Positions 53,607-58,670 of a DNA stretch of 58,670 bases are shown in pieces. The stretch's first letter is position 1; each line of letters opens with the position of its first letter. The stretch lies in IMG/VR virus record IMGVR_UViG_3300003320_000379, positions 1 to 58,670 of that record; one strand, written 5' to 3'. Under the pieces are notes generated by a model. The model made no database searches. It had not been told where the DNA came from and was given only the letters and a program-made list of their open reading frames with translations. The DNA comes from a virus. The translations under genes were made by a program, and so were the position numbers.

Positions 53607-54029
53607 TCAGAACCCGGCAGCCAGCGGCAGGCTGCGGGTCAGGAAGAACGTACCCTGCGTGCCCGGGTGGCGGACGCGGCGGCGGAACACCGTCTGTCCA
53701 TTCCAGACGAAGCGCAGGGTCTTGCGGCGGCGGGCCACGATGATGTGCGGCGCCGTGCCGTCGTGCTCGAACATGGTGTACCGCATCCGCGCGCGCCCGG
53801 CCGCCACCTCGACGGCGGGCAGGCGGCGCCACTGGGTGGCGTTGCGCCGGATGGTGGCCAGCAGGGTGCCGGTGCGGACGCGGACGCGCTGCTCCGCGCC
53901 CACCTGGACCTTGAACATGCGGCGGTCCAGCTCTTGCGGCAGGCCGCTCTCGTAGCTGTTCAGCCACAGGTAAGGCTCACCTGGGTAAAGGGTCACCTTG
54001 ACCTGGTCCAGCTTCAGCTTCAGCGTCAT
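53607..54029 (-). CDS. HK97 gp10-like head-tail joining / tail completion protein (140 aa)
   Basis: ATGA overlap with 54026..54562; ...TGTLLATIRR...FEHDGTAPHIIVARRRKTLRF...VRHPGTQGTFFLTRSL matches the gp10-family pattern. Confidence 0.55.
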   Translation of the reverse strand: MTLKLKLDQVKVTLYPGEPYLWLNSYESGLPQELDRRMFKVQVGAEQRVRVRTGTLLATIRRNATQWRRLPAVEVAAGRARMRYTMFEHDGTAPHIIVARRRKTLRFVWNGQTVFRRRVRHPGTQGTFFLTRSLPLAAGF

Positions 54030-54562
54030 ACCAGCCTCATCGCGGTCACGGCCACGGTGGCTTCGTTCGCGTGGTAGCCGCCCTCCGGGCCCAGCGAGGA
54101 CGTGAGTCCCGCCTGCACGGTGGAGCCCGGCGGCAGGCCCTTGGCCAGCTGGCTGCACATGATCACCACGGCATCGCTCAGCAGCCCCGCATCCCTCATG
54201 CTCTGCGCGCCCGCCGCGTCGATCTGCTCCGCCGGTGGGTACGCGGCGTTGCCGTTCTCCGGCACGGTCGGCGTGCAGCGCACCAGCTGAATGCTGAAGA
54301 TGGCGTGCCGGACGTTGAACGCGGAGACCGGGCCGCCCTGGCGCGGGCTCTGCACGGGGGCGTCCGGCGCCGGGCCGATCCCAATCCCGGTCAGGGCCAC
54401 GAACAGCTGCTCACAGTCCCAGGCGATCAGCTGCGGGTTGCCCGGCGCGATGAAACGGCGGTCCGGCAGCTCCTGGCCTTGGTCCGCGAAGTGCTGCTCT
54501 ACCCCGTCCAGGAACAGCCGCGCCAGCTCCAGGACGGACAGGGCCATCGGCGGGGTGGTCAC
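54026..54562 (-). CDS. head-tail connector component (178 aa)
   Basis: Track ORF between the adaptor and the gp10-like gene; function assigned from position only. Confidence 0.45.
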   Translation of the reverse strand: MTTPPMALSVLELARLFLDGVEQHFADQGQELPDRRFIAPGNPQLIAWDCEQLFVALTGIGIGPAPDAPVQSPRQGGPVSAFNVRHAIFSIQLVRCTPTVPENGNAAYPPAEQIDAAGAQSMRDAGLLSDAVVIMCSQLAKGLPPGSTVQAGLTSSLGPEGGYHANEATVAVTAMRLV

Positions 54563-54795
54563 GCTTCCCCGCGCATCTCCGCCAGCGCGCGCTCCAGCTC
54601 GTCATCATCGGCCGTTGCGTCGTCCGCCGGTGTCTCCGGCTGCGCGGTGGTCTCCGGCGTCTCCTGGGGCGTCTCAGCGGGCGTCTGCGTCTCCGCCTCG
54701 CCCTCCGTCTTCGGGGAGTCTTCCCGCACCGGCTCGACGGCGGCGGGCGGCTGCACGGCGGCGCCTGGCCGCCAGGGGTCCTGGCTGAACGACAT
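54559..54795 (-). CDS. acidic, low-complexity small protein (78 aa)
   Basis: ATG 54795 lies 6 nt after a -10-like TATCGT; MSFSQDPWRPG..., then a Glu/Thr/Pro-rich sequence. Confidence 0.5.
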   Translation of the reverse strand: MSFSQDPWRPGAAVQPPAAVEPVREDSPKTEGEAETQTPAETPQETPETTAQPETPADDATADDDELERALAEMRGEA

Positions 54796-54801
54796 GGAGT
54801 G

Positions 54802-54829
54802 ACGATACCACCCAGTGGGGGGCATTCAC
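54802..54829 (-). promoter_or_regulatory. degenerate module copy inside the connector genes, leaderless class
   Basis: minus strand GTGAATGCCCCCCACTGGGTGGTATCGT, then CACTCC, then ATG. Confidence 0.3.
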
Positions 54830-54833
54830 GGGG

Positions 54834-55628
54834 TTACGCGGTGGGCAGGTCCGGGCTCCACACGGAGGCGTTCCGGCGCAGCCCCGCCGGGTTGACCGTG
54901 ATCAGGAAGAGGTCCACGAAGTACAGGCCCGTCCGCCCTTCCTTCAGGAACTCCTGGGCGTCCAACATCGTCATGGACACCCCCTGCCGGGTGATGGTCT
55001 GCACGCGGCGCGGCAAGCGGCATTCGCTGCTGTTCGACTGCGCCAGCGCCAGCTCCACGGCCAGCTCCACGGCGGCCTGGACGCCGGACACCGGCGGCGG
55101 CGCGCCGAAGGTGTAGGCCACCTGCGTGACGTCGCCGCACACGTTCCAGCCCCGGCCGTCGGTGCGCTCCAGCCAGCCCGCGCCGTTGACGCGGAAGTCG
55201 GTGAAGGGCTGCCCGTTCACCTGCACGCTGGTCACGGTGACGTGTTGGCGCGGCAGCCGGATGGCCATCGGCGCCAGGTGCGTGCCGATCCACACGCCGG
55301 GCGCGGGCGGGTACAGGTACCCGGCCACGATGCTGCCGGACGACCAGCACGAGCAGTGCCCCCACGTCCCGCTGTACGGCCAGCTGCCGGTGCCGGGCGC
55401 GGGCGGCCGGGACCGGAGGGTGACCGACTCTTCGCAGCCGTTGCCGAACCACTGGGAGCCGGAGAGGTAGAACAGGATCTCGCTGGCGACCATGAGCACG
55501 CGGTCCCACTCCGGGCCGCTGAGCAAGTCGCGTCGGGATTCGGGAACGTCCGCAGGGGACGCCCAGGCCGCGCACAGCACTGCCGACGTCGGCGCGGGGG
55601 GCACGTCCACCGGGTCGGGTGCTGTCAT
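54834..55628 (-). CDS. head-to-tail adaptor (264 aa)
   Basis: ...LCAAWASPADV...ASEILFYLSGSQWFG..C...VQVNGQPF...WLERTDGRGW...CRLPRRVQTITRQGVSM...VNPAGLRR follows the actinophage gp6-like adaptor pattern. Confidence 0.65.
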   Translation of the reverse strand: MTAPDPVDVPPAPTSAVLCAAWASPADVPESRRDLLSGPEWDRVLMVASEILFYLSGSQWFGNGCEESVTLRSRPPAPGTGSWPYSGTWGHCSCWSSGSIVAGYLYPPAPGVWIGTHLAPMAIRLPRQHVTVTSVQVNGQPFTDFRVNGAGWLERTDGRGWNVCGDVTQVAYTFGAPPPVSGVQAAVELAVELALAQSNSSECRLPRRVQTITRQGVSMTMLDAQEFLKEGRTGLYFVDLFLITVNPAGLRRNASVWSPDLPTA

Positions 55629-55675
55629 CTGGGCGTCTCCCTACGTACGTTGTTCGCCTGTCCGGTCGGGGCCGG

Positions 55676-56572
55676 TCAGGTGATCGTGGTGGCCACGGTG
55701 TCGGTCTGCCCACCGTACGTGGCGCTGATGTTCGCCGTACCGGCCGTGACGCCGGAGACCAGGCCGCCGCTGTTGACGGTGGCCACCGCCTCGTTGTCGG
55801 ACGACCACACGGCCGCGTTCGTGACCACCTTCGTGCCGGACGGGGTGAGCGTCGCCGTGGCCACCATCTGCTGGGTGCCGCCGACGGTCGCCGCGCCCGG
55901 GTCCGGCGTGACGGCCAGCGAAGCCACGGTGGGCTGCGCCAGCACTTCGCGGTAGCCGCGCGTGAAGTCCGGCAGCGTGTCCGTCTGGACGAACTGCCAC
56001 ACGCGGTCGCTGGCGAACTCCCAGTCGTTGGCCGGGCCGTCCAGCCAGTTCGGATTCTGCGTCGCCGTGCCGGACAGCTCCGGCACCATCGGGTCCGTGC
56101 CGGACATGGTCAGGCTGCCGTTGGGCCGCAGCTTCGCGCGCGGGACGACCCACCAGAAGTAGCCCGCCACGGCGCCGTCGATGATCGCGTTGGTCCACAG
56201 CTCCACGGAGACGCCGTACGGGGTGGGATCGGTGCCCACCTCCGGCGCCTGGTAGCCCACCTCGTTGTCGCCGTCCATGAGGACGTTGCCGCCCACCATC
56301 ATGGCGAGCAGGTTGGGGTCCGGCTGGCAGATCTGCAGGCCCTCGATCGTGCCGCGCTTCAGCGAGTCCGGCGCCTTGTACGTCAGGCAGACGAGCCCGG
56401 CGCCGTTCTTCTGCACGATTTCGTCGCCGTCCTCGTACTCCAGGCCCAGCTGCGCCTGCACCAGCGCGTCGGACACGTACGAGTTGCGCGCGCCCGGCAG
56501 CGGAGCCCCGGTGGGGCCCAGCTTCGTCACGCGGATGCCGAGGGCGAAGAGACTTCCCGCTCCGTTGTACAT
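55676..56572 (-). CDS. major tail protein with a C-terminal Ig-like (Big_2-type) domain (298 aa)
   Basis: The N-terminal region resembles tube proteins (...LEYEDGDEIVQKNGAGLVCLTYKAPDSLKRGTIEGLQI...LLAMMVGG). The C-terminal LAVTPDPGAATVGGTQQMVATATLTPSG...WSSDNEAVATVNSGGLVSGVTAGTANISATYG is a Big_2 signature. Confidence 0.55.
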   Translation of the reverse strand: MYNGAGSLFALGIRVTKLGPTGAPLPGARNSYVSDALVQAQLGLEYEDGDEIVQKNGAGLVCLTYKAPDSLKRGTIEGLQICQPDPNLLAMMVGGNVLMDGDNEVGYQAPEVGTDPTPYGVSVELWTNAIIDGAVAGYFWWVVPRAKLRPNGSLTMSGTDPMVPELSGTATQNPNWLDGPANDWEFASDRVWQFVQTDTLPDFTRGYREVLAQPTVASLAVTPDPGAATVGGTQQMVATATLTPSGTKVVTNAAVWSSDNEAVATVNSGGLVSGVTAGTANISATYGGQTDTVATTIT

Positions 56573-56593
56573 TGTCGTTTCCCTCCTCGCCCT

Positions 56594-57409
56594 TTAGGCG
56601 GAGCCTTCCAGATCCACAGCCATGTGGCTGCAGGGGTCGAACGCGGCCGCGATGTACCTTGTGCCCCAGACCTTTCGCCGGTTGGTGCGTCGGTCCAAAG
56701 TGGACGCCATGTCCGTGGCCAGCTCCAGCTCACTGCGGAACGCCAGCACCGGACCAGTTGCGTAGGCCCAGCTGTCGCCGGTGCCCGCCGGGCCGGTGCC
56801 CGGGTAGCCCGCGTCCGCCACGACCACGCTTCCCAGCGGGGTGTAGATCGAATCTCCACGGAAGACCAGCATGGAGCCGATCTCCAGCAGGTACTTCGCG
56901 GGCACGTGGAGAAACACCTGCTGGCCGAACGCCTGCGTCATGGCGGCCGCTTCCAGCGCGCCCAGGCGTCCCGCGATGGTGGTTGCCGTCGTCGCCACGG
57001 TGGTGGCGTCGGCGGATGCCAGGTGCGGGTTGACGTACGGATTTCCATCCACGGTCACCGGGTCTGCTGTGGACAGTGCGCCGGTCCACAGCTCGTGGGC
57101 CAACTCGAACGACAGCACGGCATCCGCCTGACGCTGCACGCGCGACGTGTCGAGCTGGCCGCCCAGCGTCGTGCACTCGTCCGACACGCGGTAGCCGACC
57201 GGGTAGACCTCCGGCAGCACGACGTCCGGTTCGCTCGGTACCGCCGGGGTGTCGTTGCACGGGCCGAACCCGGCGACGGTGAAGCACCGCTCCGGCCGCC
57301 AGGCCAGACCGTTCTGCCACCGGCCGCCGTCCGGCTTCTGGGCTGCGGCCCACAGCGTTCCGGTGGCCTGGGCCACCGCGCGCGGTGCGTCGATAGTCTC
57401 CGTGATCAT
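56594..57409 (-). CDS. structural protein with an HK97-capsid-like sequence pattern (271 aa)
   Basis: GGGAGGTG RBS; ...SFELAHELWTG...LGALEAAAMTQAFGQQVFLHVP...TPLGSVVVADAGYPG...WAYATGPVLAFRSE...RRKVWGTRYIAAAFDP parallels Phage_capsid-family blocks. Confidence 0.4.
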   Translation of the reverse strand: MITETIDAPRAVAQATGTLWAAAQKPDGGRWQNGLAWRPERCFTVAGFGPCNDTPAVPSEPDVVLPEVYPVGYRVSDECTTLGGQLDTSRVQRQADAVLSFELAHELWTGALSTADPVTVDGNPYVNPHLASADATTVATTATTIAGRLGALEAAAMTQAFGQQVFLHVPAKYLLEIGSMLVFRGDSIYTPLGSVVVADAGYPGTGPAGTGDSWAYATGPVLAFRSELELATDMASTLDRRTNRRKVWGTRYIAAAFDPCSHMAVDLEGSA

Positions 57410-57444
57410 GGGTTCACCTCCCTGTGGTTTCCCTTACGGGGCAA

Positions 57445-57470
57445 GGGGTCCGGCCCGTAGACCGGACCCC
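57445..57470 (-). terminator. hairpin directly after the capsid gene
   Basis: ggggtccgg cccgtaga ccggacccc (9-bp stem), 12 nt after the stop at 57482. Confidence 0.45.
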
Positions 57471-57481
57471 TACGCCACAGG

Positions 57482-58670
57482 TCAGTCGGTCACCGAGGAC
57501 AGATCCAGGGTGCCCGCCACCATGCCGGTGGGCTGCGCCTCGATCACGACGCGCAGGGACTCGATACCGTTGAACGCGGCGCCCTCCCAGTCCTCCACGA
57601 AGGTCTGGTACCGGTTGATGCTGTTCAGCTGCGAGTCCCGGACCAGGCCCAGGTCCAGCGTGCCGCCGTCCAGGAACAGCCAGTCACCCTCCGCGAAGAG
57701 CACGCTGTCGATCTTGTCCGGGAACCCGGGCACCGGGTCGCCGTCCGCCAGCGAGGTGTAGTGCTGCGCCGGGACGTCCTCCGCCGACGCGCCGCCCGCA
57801 CCCAGGTCCTGCGCGTCCAGGCCGTCCAGGTGGAAGGTCGGGAGCACGCCCCGGTTGCGGAACCAGGTCAGGATGGCGGCGTCCGCCACGCCCAGCATGG
57901 CCGGGTCGTACGCGGAACCCATGCTGCGGCACAGGTCGGCGCGGAACAGGTCCAGCACCCAGCGGGGGCCGATCCAGCGCAGCGGGACCATCGTGTCCAG
58001 GCGGTGCACGTTCCGGTAGTAGGCCACGATCTTGTCGATCGTCACCAGCACGTCGCGGACGGCGGAGACGCGCTTCGCCGACGTGACGCGCTTGCTGCCG
58101 GTGAGCAGCTTGGACAGCAGGCGGTTCTCCGCGAACCGGGCGTGCGCGACCAGCGCGGCCCGGGTGTTCGCGTCCACCCACTCGGGGTCGAAGCGCGCGG
58201 TGAAGTTGGGGAACTGCAGGCAGAGGTAGATGGCCTCCACCACGGCGTTCTCCAGATCCGGGCACTCGATCACGGCGCACGTCTTGACCGGGTCCGGCAA
58301 GTCGCTGGGGGTCTCGACGACGCCCACGGCCGCGTCCATCTCCGCCGTCCACACGCCCAGGCCGTCCGTCATGGCCAGCGCGTCCATCGGCGGCCGGTAC
58401 TGGATGCCGCCGCGCGAGACCTGGAAGCGGGACAGCGCGTCCCGGACCGGCCGGGCGGTGATGCCCAGCGTGTTGATCTCGTACAGGTTCTCCAGCGGCG
58501 CGCAGAACCCACCGGCGGCGGTGATCGCCTCCGGCGAGGTGACGGCCTCGATCTTCGCGGCGTTCTCGCCGAACGTCGCGTTCTCCAGCAGCTGGCGTTC
58601 CGCCGGGTACTCGTGCTGGATGCGGGCCACGTACTCGCGGCCGCTGCCGCCGGTGGCGCGGATCGCGGCC
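57482..58670 (-). CDS. major capsid protein, C-terminal ~396 codons (continuation of 1..617; full ORF 593 aa)
   Basis: The track ORF (from an internal GTG at 58630) stays open to the window end. ...AITAAGGFCAPLENLYE...IECPDLENAVVEAIYLCLQF...TLDLGLVRDSQLNSINRYQTFVE... fits a capsid-type pattern. Its position relative to portal and protease also fits. Confidence 0.8.
   Translation of the reverse strand, partial: AAIRATGGSGREYVARIQHEYPAERQLLENATFGENAAKIEAVTSPEAITAAGGFCAPLENLYEINTLGITARPVRDALSRFQVSRGGIQYRPPMDALAMTDGLGVWTAEMDAAVGVVETPSDLPDPVKTCAVIECPDLENAVVEAIYLCLQFPNFTARFDPEWVDANTRAALVAHARFAENRLLSKLLTGSKRVTSAKRVSAVRDVLVTIDKIVAYYRNVHRLDTMVPLRWIGPRWVLDLFRADLCRSMGSAYDPAMLGVADAAILTWFRNRGVLPTFHLDGLDAQDLGAGGASAEDVPAQHYTSLADGDPVPGFPDKIDSVLFAEGDWLFLDGGTLDLGLVRDSQLNSINRYQTFVEDWEGAAFNGIESLRVVIEAQPTGMVAGTLDLSSVTD
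58647..58670. repeat. 24-nt terminal duplication (partner of 1..24)
   Basis: identical to nt 1-24. Confidence 0.95.

Overview
The window is one complete, circularly closed genome of a high-GC actinobacteriophage with siphovirus-type morphogenesis genes. The first and last 24 nt are identical, so the unique length is 58,646 bp. The host cannot be determined from the sequence alone. About 100 protein genes are tightly packed, with many 4-nt ATGA/GTGA start-stop overlaps. All but one lie on the minus strand; the exception is an HNH gene at 43608..43979.

Recognisable modules, in minus-strand reading order:
- RHH protein, ERF-like annealase, SSB, DnaD-like initiator and DnaC-like loader.
- GH25 endolysin, RusA, tail fibre, LamG-like protein, ParB-like protein, TerS and TerL.
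- A roughly 21-kb block of about 55 small genes.
- Portal-MuF fusion and a 2H-phosphoesterase-protease fusion.
- A roughly 3-kb island of small genes.
- Major capsid gene (crosses the window junction), a second capsid-fold candidate, major tail protein, head-tail connectors, chaperones, tape measure, minor tail proteins and membrane proteins.

The two most unusual features:
1. At least 24 co-oriented copies of a ~29-bp promoter-like module (TTGACA-CA-CCCCCC-ACT-GGGGGG-TAAAGT). A G:C palindrome fills the -35/-10 spacer. The module comes in two forms: one is followed by a conserved ~40-nt 5' UTR, the other sits 5-6 nt from the start codon, implying a leaderless mRNA.
2. A ~600-nt ORF-free, hairpin-dense region at 18.07-18.79 kb that is driven by one of these modules and ends in a tRNA-like element.

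No integrase, repressor or DNA polymerase was recognised. All functional calls rest on reading the translated ORFs for motifs; no database search was run.
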